From: Parasitella parasitica NRRL 2501
Lineage: Eukaryota; Fungi; Mucoromycota
Reading direction: 5' to 3'
Assembly (NCBI GenBank): GCA_025201805.1
Contig: MU619326.1
Location: 66,988 to 130,987, forward strand
DNA: 64,000 nucleotides
A model generated the notes under the pieces. The model had not been told where the DNA came from. It was given only the letters and a program-made list of their open reading frames with translations, and made no database searches. Below are positions 39,531-52,499 of the stretch, one piece after another. A program made the position numbers and the translations under genes. The stretch's first letter is position 1; the number at the start of each line of letters is the position of its first letter.

Positions 39531-40869
39531 ATGACTTCTTCAGACAACAATACCCTTGAGAGTATTCCTGTCGATCAGCAAGGCAGCTTCTCTTCCTTTT
39601 TGAAGACTTTGGCGTCGTTTACTGGAGATCTTTCTAGTCTAACATGCCCATCCTTTTTACTGGCACCTATTTCATTATTAGAATATTCGTAAGTAACTTT
39701 AGCTGTACTGGGAAAAAAGGATAGGCTCTCTTATTTATCTGCTTCATCTTTTAATATGTGTAGCTCCTTTTGGGCTGATCAGCCTGGACTCGTAAGTACA
39801 TGTATAAAAATAAAAGACATTATATGTGAAGGGGTGTTAATGTCGGTTTCCTACAGCTCAGCGCCGTTGGTAAATCAGATAATGCCGAAGAGCGCTTCTA
39901 CGCTGCTATCAAGTGGTTCATTTCATCCTTGAACGGCTCCTTCTCCAGCCGCGTTCCCAAGGGAGAGTGGGAAAAGAAGCCCTTCAACCCCATCCTTGGC
40001 GAGCAATTTCTTTGCGAATGGGATGACAACACCCGTATTGTGTGTGAGCAAGTCTCTCACCATCCTCCCGTATCAGGCTTTTACATTGAGAACAAGGAAG
40101 CTGGTGTGATTGTCAATGGTCACGACGGTCAAAAGACTCGTTTTTCAGGCACACAGATGTTGGTGGATCAGATTGGCTATTGCACGCTTCGATTAACTGA
40201 ACGTGATGAAACGTATTTGTTCACATTACCCTCTGTATCTGTCAATGGTATTTGGTATGCTGGTAAAGTAAATTAGTGGCGTGAAACCAAATGATGTGCA
40301 ACTGATAGCACCTGTTTGTAGCGCCCTATGTCGAATTGTACGGGACTTCTTTTGTTCAATCTACAAGCGGATTCTCTGCTTCAATTGAATATACCACAAA
40401 GGGCTGGATTTCTGGCGAAGTTCATCATTTCAAGGCTTCCGTCACGCATGAATCACTCTCTACTCCTACCGTTATTGAGGGTCAATGGACAGGTAAATCT
40501 ACCCTAACCAAGAACAAAAAGACTACAGACTTTCTCGACTTGACTACACTCGAGAAGCCCAAGCCTAATGTCAGACCTGTGGATGAACAAGGTGAATTAG
40601 AATCTCGTCGCATTTGGCAAAAGGTGTCTGATGCACTCAAGGCTGGTGATTATGCCACTGCCTCGAGTGAAAAGTCAATCATTGAAACCCAACAAAGAGC
40701 TCTTCGTAAGGAGCGTGAGACAAGTGAGACTAAATGGGTACCCAAGTACTTTAATTCTGTAGAAGGAGAAACCATTTATGGCAATTTACGTGCAAAGATC
40801 ATTGCTAAAGCTGATTCCAAGTTTATAGACACAATGGGAGAGGGTGGTTGGAACTTCAAAGAAGCCTAA
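39531..40869 (+). CDS. KES1: Oxysterol-binding protein (Osh4/Kes1 type)
   Basis: 'SFTGDLSSLTCPSFLL', 'KKPFNPILGE', 'EQVSHHPP'; includes a ~28-nt micro-exon near 39764-39791. Confidence 0.93.
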
Positions 40870-41403
40870 ATTTATAAATAAAATTGCCTTCTTGCCTTGA
40901 TGTTGTATGGGTAGGAAGACATTCTGCTGCGGCATAGCATCATGACAGCAATTGAGGAGGCATTCTATGTTACAGTAGCAGTACTCACAAGATGGTGAAA
41001 CCTTTGTTAAATTAGTTGGATCAGCTGTGTCAACCACGAGCTCTCTATATATATCTTTACTAGTTGACAAAAGGGACTTCAGACGATTTCGACTTTTTAT
41101 TGGACTTTTTCCTTTTTAAATTTAGACAAATTCCCTTATACAGTGCGTATGGTCTCAATGAGCGCATTTAAAGTTTCAAATAGCAGCAAGTTGCTCTTTT
41201 TTTTATTTCTACAAAACCTTTTGTAGTTACACATTGTATTGATTCAATCTTTAAAGGACTACTGGTTAATCCTTTTTACTTCAACAAGTCAATACAGACA
41301 TCAGACTAAAGTACTTAATTTACGTTCACCCTTGTTTGGAAACACAATTCTCCACCCATTTCTTGAAGGTAATAAATACGTGAATATGCATAGCTTATTA
41401 CCT

Positions 41404-42007
41404 CTAATAATGTGATAGACGATGGTGCTTGTGATTTGCCACACACTCTATTAGCAACATAGTACTTTCTTGCCTTTTTTTAATCTGACTTGGTTCCTGA
41501 CATGAAGAAGGGACGACGACACAGCTTGCATACTTCTTTGGGACTATGTTGTGATGTATGTATTTGGTCAGATTATTCTGATGAGCTTGATAGGTTTTCC
41601 ATGCCGCTGACAAAACGCCTGTCTATATCCTCTTCTTGATTCAATTGGAAATAGGTAAGTAGCCTACAGAGCAGTATTTGACTCTTGGAAACGTCTTGAT
41701 GCTCTGTATTGCTATATAATCCAAGAAAATGCCCAAAAGTTTTGGTTTTGCCCTCTTTCAATAACCTGAAAATATTCATTCTGTTATGATAGTAGGCTTT
41801 TGACACACAATGTATATGGCACCTGTTTTGTCTTTCGCAAAAGAAGGCTCTCTTTATTGAATCAAGAGAGGAGGAGCTGAGACTGAGATGGTCTTCTGGC
41901 TGCAGGGAGATTCCTACTGACAAACTCTCTTTAACAGTGCGACTTGTTGTGATAGCAGGGTGCTTTCGCTTTAAGCTATCACCGGATTTGTTCGCGTCTG
42001 TATACAT
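41404..42007 (-). pseudogene. Unassigned ORF / frameshifted remnant with upstream TATA-like motif
   Basis: 144-aa ATG ORF overlapping a second frame near 41600; minus-strand CTATATAAG ~60 nt upstream; no recognisable domain. Confidence 0.25.
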
Positions 42008-42849
42008 TGTTGTGTCAACCCATTTATGTTGATTTTTGTCCTCCTCCTCCCTTTTTCATTTGCGCTCTTATATAGATTACACTTCACAATTAGACCAACT
42101 TCTCTTGGTATCTAGCACTGACGAAGAGGGCCTTGACGACAAGGATTTTTGCAGTTGCAATCTTACACCCCTCCTCGCCCATAGCTGAAGGATTTAGAGA
42201 ATGCTATGAGACTGGTTGTCAGTTATAATTTCAAAAGCTTGATGGGCATCCTTAACATGACACCTCTTTTCGTTCATTTTTCGACGCTGTACTATTGTGG
42301 AGCTGCCTTGGGTTGCTTACTAATGGAATTATCCTGCTTTCTTCTTTATAGACCTCTTTCTCTTGTTGTAATTGGTCTTAATAACATCAAAATAAAGGAT
42401 TTACATTTAACTTCAGTTGAAACTTTCATTATTGATCTGGATAGCCATTCATTTCTCCAAAGGGTTGCCACGGCATCAATTCTCTATCTTAAATACAGTC
42501 TATAACAAATGTACCTTTCATCGCACTTAACTAATACGATTGGAATGGAAACACATTTGGTATAATAAACCTAGTTCTTTCTATTTTTAACTAAAAACCT
42601 TTGTCGTCAGAATCTAGCAGTTGAATTATGAAATATATATATAGGAAAACGAAAGTATTGCAGGAGCAGTATGCCAAACTACATGTGCAAGTGAAAGAAT
42701 TGTGCTTTGATCTTTGACCTTGCACGTAAGTTACTCAAAAATAGCTCCAGCTTTTAGAACTAATATGTAATTAAATATGTAGCGCTTTGAAAACTGAAGT
42801 GGAACGGACATAATTTTATGGAATAACCAGACCTCTCATCAATTCCGGC

Positions 42850-43391
42850 ATACCCAGCTACTTTGAGCACGATTCTGAGGATGAGAATCTAGAGGATATA
42901 ATTCCACTAGTTATTGAAAAATCAGCAAAAACTATTGCTAACAAAGTTGACAATATCACGAACTACGCAACCTCTACCTACAACCAGAAAACTTTGTTCC
43001 TATATTACCTGAAAATTAAGTTTTATTCCGCAGCTAAAGGGAACAGGTTGACATTCCTTATATTCAGTTTAAGTTGTCAAATTTCGAAGATTAAACTCTT
43101 CTCTTTCTTCAATAATGCAGTCCCTGGCCTCTTCATCATTTTCAGTGGTTGTTCCGCCTTGGCCATCTTCAATAAAAAATCTGTGAGTGTTGCTCATTTA
43201 AATATATTTAAGTTGAAAGAACCGCCTCTCAGTCTTAGCGAGTCTGCCATTTGAAAAGGTCCGAAAACCAAGTAAAGTATTCGGTTCGTCTTGCGCAGCA
43301 TGACAATGTCAAGAATCACATTATGAGTGTTGAGTAATGCAAACAGCCTGTTATAGTGCGCATAAATTAAAATCTGTTTGTTTTTGTCATC
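42850..43391. mobile_element. Decayed Tc1/IS630-like DNA transposon 5' end (terminus + transposase N-terminal fragments)
   Basis: Minus: TA|GATGACAAAAAACAAACAG terminus at 43391 and 'MSNTHRFFIEDGQGG...IIEEREEFNLRNL' from 43197; plus: 'YNQKTLFLYYLKIKFYSAAK' HTH-proximal piece; both recall Mucorales Tc1-like transposases. Confidence 0.6.
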
Positions 43392-45244
43392 TACTCTTCT
43401 CGTTTCAAGTTTTATATAATCATTTTGTCGTCATTTTTCCAGTTTTGTTTGTTTCCCCCTAGGAGAGTATAGAGAATCAAGATCATGATGTTACTCAAAA
43501 TAACGCCAGCCATGGATACTGTATCAGATCTATATTTAATATAGTTTGCATATATACTTCCACGTGCAGGATGTTGGGAAATCCAAGTTTTTTTTTTTTA
43601 TCCGTCGATGCATTTGTGATTTTTTTTCTTGACACTCTGACTAATTTATTAAGCCCTCACGATGCTCAATCACCCTCTACAATGCGATTAGCATAGTGGT
43701 TAATTGTCAAAAATTTTGGTGAATGCAAATGAATACTGATGTCAGTTAACCACGCTGCGATCTCTCTTGGAGCATAAAATATGGCGTTAACAATGAGCTT
43801 TAAATCATGCAGAAATACAATAAATCTTTCAAGTTTATCAACGTTATTGCAAAATTAGACAGGCTTTGGATAATGCTACAGATTAGCTACTTCTACAATT
43901 ACCTTCTCCCAACCGATGACAACTGTCATTCCCATATCTTGAGGTACTAGTAAGTCTTTAAGAACATAATATAAAAAACTATGAATTTTTTTGATCCTTT
44001 CATGTCGAATGTCCCTGTCAACTACAGCACGAATACTAAAATCAATATTCAATACAGAAGTATTTAGCAATTGTAGCCAATCTCACTTAGGCTGTCAATA
44101 ACCTGAGAATTTCCATTGAAGACCAAATTGTTGGCACCGTTTAACACTATTCGTAAGATGATCATCAATACGACTGAAATTTTACGCCAGCGATTTGCAA
44201 GAAATGCCCAAGCATCTCAAACTCCAGTTGATGAGAGGATCCCCATGTAATAGCGCTGCTACAAGAGCATGAGGCAGATTGTAAAGCGAACCATGATAAT
44301 TACTTGAGCACAATTAATGCAGTGGCATTAACAGTTTATAGATATCTGTCCAATGTTGGAGATCAACAAGCTGCGGCAACTTGAAGACAAGTAACAGGAG
44401 ACCAAAGAACAAATATGATGCAAGAGGCGTTGCGAGTGGTGTTGAATGACAACCCTGAATTGCTTTTTATTCAGAATTTTAATCAGCTTTGGCTTCTACT
44501 AAGGTTGATCCAAGCCAAATGGGCTCAGATGTCAATCAACCGTAGAAGGCAGTTAGTGTTCGATAAATATATGTGGAAAATAGTTATTTTTAATAATCCT
44601 CTTGTAAAAATAGAATTGCACAAGGTCAAGTTGAGAGATCCCAATATGAAAGAAGACCTGATGGAGCTGCCTGCCAACATGAATTTGGAACATGATTCTC
44701 TTTTGTTAAAGTAGCAACTTCCATTTTTTATATCTCCTCTAAATAAGTCTGGTGTACTCTCGGCGTGTCAGATTTGGTCAACCGACATGCGTCAAAGTTG
44801 TACCCCCCAAGTTAGTCTAACCTGAAGTTTTGGCAGACATAGACTGTAAATTATTCTGTCAATACTTTATAACGTCCAGTTTATGGAACGAACAAAATAT
44901 CTAAGTTTGACATATGAAAAAATCGATTTTCTTTAGGAAACTAATAAGTCTTATTGCCCAGATTTCTGTATTATTATAAAAGAATTTTGAGATTGCACAT
45001 TTTAGCACAGCTGCACCATAATATGTATTTTGAGTGCTACTACAACTGATGTACAAACATGAATAGGTGTGCTCCGTTTCGGAAAAAAATTTTTTTTGTA
45101 AATGATACGCCATTTGAACAAATACAATATGTTTATATCTAACTCTTGATACATAGCTAGCGCTTGTAAACTACTAGGTATATAGTCTTTTCTTTACTAA
45201 TGGATTGTTTGTGTTCATTTTTCGTTATTTCTAGTCATTCACTA

Positions 45245-45352
45245 CATGACAAAAACAAACAGACTTTTGATTTATGCGCAACATTATGATCTGATTATTA
45301 CAAAAGCCGTTTTTCAGGATTAGGTAGTCTCACAATGTGATTCTTGACAGTG
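45245..45352 (+). mobile_element. Second copy of the same transposon terminus
   Basis: TA|CATGACAAAAACAAACAGACTTTTGATTTATGCGCA...AATGTGATTCTTGACA matches the reverse complement of 43304-43391. Confidence 0.65.
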
Positions 45353-46576
45353 GGATAAAACAAATAAGCTTTTAAATGGCTTAATTACGAGAGCTGAACT
45401 CGTGGATGACACACCTGACACTGTTATTACTTTTTTCTTTCATGATAAAAGCTTACAATGTCAATTTAACAAAGATAAGGCTTGGTTTCATCATGTTGCA
45501 GGTATTTTTATACTGATTTTTGCATTGGTTATTCCTACAGACAACAAGTGATGCTGTGGTCACCTAACTTTGTTTTTTTCCACAAATACAAATAATAAAA
45601 TGAAACAGTATCATTATAACTTACACAAACACATGATGTGTGCTGGAGCAAAAAAAAAAAAAAAAAAAAAAAAAACTTGATAGACGCTCTGGCTTTATAG
45701 CCCGATTTGTAAGCTGTATAAGGTATAGACATTCAAACAAATAATGAAAAGGATGGCTTCCGGGTACGGGTTTTACTGTATAAATATATATATATATAAA
45801 TTAATATACATACTGTATTATATATTATATAGGGCTCAAAGGACAAGAAACTCAGGTATCACCAGTTCAACCATTTGTTGCTTTGTTGATTTTTTGTCAC
45901 ACATATCTTGGTGAACGAGGTGCGTAACAAGATGATGCCCGTCCGCGGGGTGCAATAATAGCAAACGCATTCATAATCCTCAAAAAGTTGCAGGGCTGGT
46001 TACATCAAAAAGGCAACCGAATCTTGCCTTTGCATGTGTTTTCATTTGTACATCGATTAAATTTCTGAAAATATTGCGTACTCGGCATTATTGAAATGAT
46101 AATTGCGCATCGTCTTTTGTGATGGCAAACACTGTCAAAAAAATTGTTTTTCCACACTGGAATCTGATCATGAAACAAAACGTATTTGTTGATTATTTTT
46201 ACATGTACATTTTTGGAGGATTTTTACTCAAATTTGGGAATACTGTTTGTGCCATCATAGCTCCTCAATAGCCTCCCCTTGACCTTTCGTCTTCCCCTTT
46301 ACTTTCTTTTTTTTTTCTCTCTTTCTTTTTTTTATTTATTTTTTCGTTTTCCTTGCACATATAAAATAGATCTCCTTTCATTTCAAACATTTTTTTGTAG
46401 ACCCCTTGGGAATAATTTACACTCAACATTTTTTGTTGCTGCTGTAGTTTTGCTGCAGGAAAACACCTGATCAGCTTTATTTAAACATATATATATATGT
46501 ATACAAAAATACTTGCTTCTCTTTTCTTCCTTCTTTTACTACTTTATTTGCATTATACTATTTTAATTGAATTTTA

Positions 46577-49500
46577 ATGGGGGCGAAACCCAGCAAAAGT
46601 ATCATCGATGACGCTGATATTCGTCGAGTCAATCGCTCTAGATCGACAAATAATGACAGCTCATCGCATCAACAATATTATCAAAGAAAAACTAACCATC
46701 TGAAGCAAGCGCTAACACCAAAGCATAGAAGAAAGAAGATGGTTGCATCAGTTAATGGCAACAACAACAATACATCGCCACCACCAGCAGCAGAAGCAGC
46801 AGCAGTTGCTGCTGTTGCTACCTTGAAAGACACTCCGATTACATGTACAACAGAACACAAAATGCCTAATAAAACGACATTAGACGAAAATGTAAGACAG
46901 CAGCAGCCACAACAGCAAGCAGAGCCGAATTACATTCTAAAGAGATCTTCACCATCGAATGAATGCTACGATCCGATGAAATCCAAAAAAATGCGTCGAG
47001 CAAACTCACCATCAGTGATAGGATGCAGTACTGGTATCGCCACGAAACACCTGTCTATTATTAGCAGCAGCACACCACACACAACTGATTATTCGAAAAG
47101 TAACATTAGCAGTGGCTGGACGACCTTATCAAATGATCCATTCTCGCAAATCGAAGCAAACACATCTGCTTTTACCGAAATCACTGATCAGTCGACGATT
47201 TCAAGAAAGTCTCTGTATCCTGTCCTTGAGTCCTCTGCGACGAATGCGCCGCCCTCTTACTACCATCATGCAGCACCATCAATGACACATGTGCCAGGTA
47301 TTTCGACATTGGACATACTCGACACGCTGGAAAAACACCCCCAGCAATCGCACCATCTCATCATTAAGGAGGCATATCAAAGGGCGCAGCAGCAGAATGA
47401 TGAGTACGACTGGAATCAGTTCTATAATGCAATTCATCGGTATATATCGCTGCCTTCGGGTTACAAGAGCATCGGTATCGTCTATCTAGCCAAATGCCTC
47501 ATGTTTGGTTTGGGCATATCTGTAAACATTGAACGTGGTTTGAATCTGCTGAAATCGCATCCGTCATGTGAGACGACCTACGCTCTAGGCCGTTGCTATC
47601 TCGATGGATATCCCACTACCACCACTACTACTACTACCAATACTAATACTGCTGCTGTTACTGTTACTGATGCTAACAAAGAAATCCAGGGGGTAGATAA
47701 ATTAGCTGCCTTTGAATGCTTCAAAAACGCCAGTGAATACGACGCTGCCAACGACTCCATTTCATCCACCATTGGCGAAGCACAATGCACATTAGCTCGC
47801 ATGCTTTTTCAAGGCGAAGGTGTCAAGCAAAACACACAACTGGCCTTGGACTATTTGAAGAAAAGTGCCGAAAACAACAACGTGTAAAGTGGAAAAATGT
47901 ATACATTCAACATGTAGACTAACACTGCTGTAGATATGCACAATTCCTTATCGGTGTTCATTATGAGCGAGGGTTTGATATTGCACAAGATCTTGAAAAA
48001 GCAAAAGACTATTATGGAAAAAGTGCGGATGGAGGCTTTCCAGATGCACAAGCTGCATTAGGCAGCAGATTAATAGCAGAAGCTAAATATGCACAAGGAA
48101 TTGAATGGCTGGAAAAGGCTGTACAGATGGTATGTATGCCACACTATTAGAATCGAACCAATTCAATCAAGACAAACAGTCGACTCACCCTCGTATTTCT
48201 AATTTTAGGGAAACAGCCGTGCGCACGTTCAGCTCGGCATCCTCTATGATAAAGGAGAAGGCATTCAGCAGAATAATGATATGGCTCTCCTTCATTACAA
48301 GGCAGCCGTCGAAAATAGCAATCATGCAGCACAGTATATACTCGGTCTGGTTTATTATTTTGGCCGTTTGGGTAGACAAAAAAACCATAAAGAAGCCATT
48401 CGCTTAATAAAAGAAGCTGCAATGGCGGGTTTGCCCTACGCACAGCGTGTCTTGGGCCAATTGTACCAGCAAGGCAGTATCGCATCACCACACGATGGGG
48501 TTAGCCCTGAGAGCCGCTTTCGCGCAAAGAAAAATGAACGTGAAGCTATTCGATGGTACAAGCGTGCTGCTGCTGGAAAGGACATTTGCGCGATGGGCAT
48601 CCTGGGCAAATGCCACGAGCAAGGCATTGGCGTTGATATTGATTTGGAAAAAGCACTTGCATTTTATGCAAAGGCTGCTGAAGGAGACAATTCATACGTT
48701 TGCAATGCGCACATCGATCAGGCGCTTTTGCTACAAAAAATGGCCAGGCACACAGAGGCATTTCGTTTGTACAGTCTAGTGGTGGACAAGGGCGTACCCG
48801 AAAAAGATGAGCTAGCCATCAACACGGCCAAACTCTCTATTGCAAGATACCATCTCTGTCGCGATATCCAGCACGTCCAATACGATCCCATGCTGGCCCA
48901 TAGCATGCTGCAAAACTTGGTTGAAACTACAAACAATCCTCATGCCCATTATTGGTTAGGCTCAATCTACGATGAAGGGATTCCAGGCATGTTTGAGATT
49001 GACCGTCAGAAAGCGTTCCATCATTTTTTAATTGCTGCAGATGCTGGTGATAATGATGCCACTTTTTTGGTAATGTAGCAACTAGTGCCATGTCTAATAT
49101 GCAAACTAATAAGCATAAAAAACGTTGTCGTGCATATTTTAGGTTGCATATATGATGTCTAATCATATAATCCCACTCAAGGGTCCCGCTGACGCTTTTC
49201 CTTGGTACCAAAAGGCTGCTATCAACGGGCACCCCATGTCTATGTACTCATTAGGTCTTTGCTACTACAAGGGCATTTCTCAACAGAATAACAAGCCCCA
49301 GCTGGACACTGCCCTGAAATGGTTTGAAAAGTCTGCTAGACAAGGTGTCTCTGAAGCAACGGCGTATATGGCCCGAATCCACTTGCAATCCATGGTTGCT
49401 AACGCCAGCCAGCCGCAGTTAGCTCAGCAGCACTTTGTTAAGGCCATACAATGTCTGAAAAAATCTGCAGAAAAGAATGACACGTATGCGCAGCGTGAAT

Positions 49501-52499
49501 TAGGCAAGATCTATCTTACAGGAAAAGGCTTGACCACAGACTACCGTATGGCTGTTGATTTGCTAAGCAAGGCAGCCGCAAAGAACGACGCCGAAGCTAT
49601 AACCTTTCTTGGAGATTGCTACCATAAAGGCACTGGTGTCATCAAGGACATGGAGACTGCCATTGAGCATTATTTGCGTGCAGCGACTTTAGGCTACCCA
49701 TAGTAAGTTGTTGATTTGTTTGCATCTTTATGTAACATTGAGACTAACATGTCAATTGTGATAAGTGCTTATTCGGCATGTGCTGAACTTTACTACGAAA
49801 TTGGCAATATGGAGCTTGCATATGATTACTATGTGTTGGCTTCTAAAGAGACAAAAATTGCACAAAATAGGATTGGCAAGACCGCTCGCATGATGGTTGC
49901 TCGTTTAGCGCTGGGCTACATTCCGCTCGTTCAAGGAGACCCTACTATCCTCCACGGCTTGATCAGCTCGAACAAGGCCATCACTGCCGAAGCAGCCTTC
50001 AGTATGCTGTCTACGCTGGCCATACAGGACCAATTTCCACAGGCATTCCAGCCACTGGGCTGCTGCTATCTCCATGGCACCGGCACTCTGGTTAATCCAT
50101 TGCAGGCCATATTTTGGCTCCGTAAATCTGCTGAAGAGCATGACGATAGCATTGCGTATTTCAACTTGGCTGACATCTATGGCAGCGGACTCGTGCAAGG
50201 CGTACCTGTCGATTTACCGCTGGCATTGTCCTATCTCAAGAAAAGCGCCGATATGGGATACACGGAAGCACAGTATCGTATGGGGATGATACACCTTGGG
50301 GGCGACTATGGTGTTCGTATGGATGAGCGTGCCGCAGCCAACTGGTTCAAATTGTCTGCATCCAAATCCCATGCTGAAAGCATATGGATGCTATCACGAA
50401 TGGCAGCTCTCATCGACCAAAGCGAATTAGAATTGCAGTACCAAAAAACTGCTGCGTCTTTAGGACATGTTCTTTCCATGCGGGTTCTCGGTCAGCGATA
50501 CCTTAAGCAGCTTGAAGTTCCCTTCTTGAACGCTCTGATGCAACAAGAATATCTGGAAGAGGCATTAAAGTACCTTCACATGGCAGGCGATGCAGGCGAC
50601 ACGGAATCCCTTGTTCTGCTCGGAAAAACCTACAACAATTGCACAAAAACCAAGATCAAGTTTTCTGCCACAAACACAAATCATCACCATAATTTGCCTA
50701 CACCTAGCAACACACACAGTAGTTTTTGCGACGACGATGACGAGCAAGACGATGAAGAGGGCGAGTCAAGGTTCCAATGCGAAGAGGACGAAAAGAACCT
50801 CGCTATTGAATGCTTTGAAAAGGCTTCGGCACTGGGCAACATTGATGCAACTGTATATGCTGCAGAAGCCTGGTACGAGCAAAAACAATACGCAGCAGCA
50901 CTAGAGTTTTTTGAGAAGGCTGCAAATCAAGGCAGCATCCTAGCTCGTTTCTTTTGTGCACGTTATTGTATTGAAGGCTATGGCGGCAGTCAACTGAATC
51001 CCGAAAAAGGCTTCCAGGTAAACATTTTGTAAACATACATCACATATGGATGTTAATAGGGCTATTTTTAGGAGCTGCTGATATGCGCCAATGACTTGAA
51101 CTGTGTCCATGCTTACAATACGCTAGCGCAGTGTTACGAAAATGGCATTGGCACAGTAAAAAACGATCAACTTGCATACGAGTGGTATGCTCGTGCTGCA
51201 GAAACAACACACGACGCCGAAGCGTTCTACCGCATTGCTCAAATGTACGCCCAGGAACGCATCCCGACCGAACCAGCAGCAGACAAAGACATGGAAGCAT
51301 GCAAATTCTACAACCTGGCTGTCAACGCAACTGCGGAAAACCATGGCCCATCCTGCTATCAGCTCGGCTTGTACTATCTCAAGGGCATCCCTTCCCCTTT
51401 GGACAGCAACGCTTTCCTGCTGCCACCTGATGTTTGTTTGTCGATCGAATACCTTCGAACCGCAGCTGACTTGGACGTGCAGGAAGCGATGCTGCAATTA
51501 GGTGTCTTGTTTTTGAATGACGACTACTCTTTAGAAGAGCAAGAAGAAGGCCTATCTCTACTGCAGCGCGCCGCTCAGTTGGGCTTGCGAGAAGCTCAGT
51601 TCGAACTCGGTCTGTTTTACCATCGCGGTAAGGAGGTTATTGTTTCAACCCAGCATGATGACCAAGATGCGCAAAAAGACTCTGACAAGCTCAACGAAGA
51701 AGAAGATGTTGACCAAGACGAGGAATGCGTCATTATTCCGCAAGATTTTGAAAAAGCCTACGACCTCTTTTGCAGATCAGCAGTGCAGAAACACCCAACA
51801 GCAACGTTCTATCTTGGCATCTACCACAACCATGGCATATTTGTGGCTCCTGATCTTGCAATTGCTCTGCAACAGTTTGAAATTGCAGTGGAACTGTTTG
51901 ACAAATATCAAGATGCACCTGACCGCTGGCAGGCTGAATTTAATCTTGCTCGCATCTTGCACCATGATTTGGAAAGTCGTGCTCGTGCATACGAATTGTT
52001 TCAAGCTGCCCATCTACACGCACCTCAGAAATACAAGTTTCTGTCTGAAATCATGATTGCTCGCTACCATCTCTACGGCTGGGCCAACGTGGTTATTCAG
52101 GCTGAAAACGCCGCAGCTACACTTATTAGATTCGCGCAAGAAGAAAGATATGGCTACCGTGTCTATTTGCAAGTAGGCCAATGCTTTCAGCATGGTCTTG
52201 GTGTGGAGAAAGATCTGCGTCAAGCATTCCATTGGTATGGTGAAGTCGTGAGCAAAGCCCACCTGATTGATCAGCAACAATCGCAGGAGATACTCCCGTT
52301 GATGTTACTGGACGAGGAAATCGAAGAAGACGAGGCTTCTGCCATGTTCAGCTTGGCTGAATTCTATCGGCAAGGCCTTGTGGTCGCAAAAGATACCAAG
52401 AAGGCCGACGATTTGTACCGACTGGCGGCTAGAAAAGGATCTCAAGCTGCCCAGGATTATCTTTCTTTTATGCTTCAAAGAACTAATTTATATGACTAA
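46577..52499 (+). CDS. Very large Sel1-like-repeat (SLR) protein (~1,850 aa, 6 exons), Chs4/Skt5-superfamily-like
   Basis: Dozens of 'A..LG..Y..G.G...D...A..W...AA' repeats; all 5 GT-AG introns splice in frame; disordered N-terminus starting MGAKPS. Confidence 0.9.

Noticed and set aside
43685-43760. TAGCATAGTGGTTA resembles a tRNA D-arm/A-box
   Set aside because: No T-arm (GTTCRA) or cloverleaf; only a weak inverted repeat
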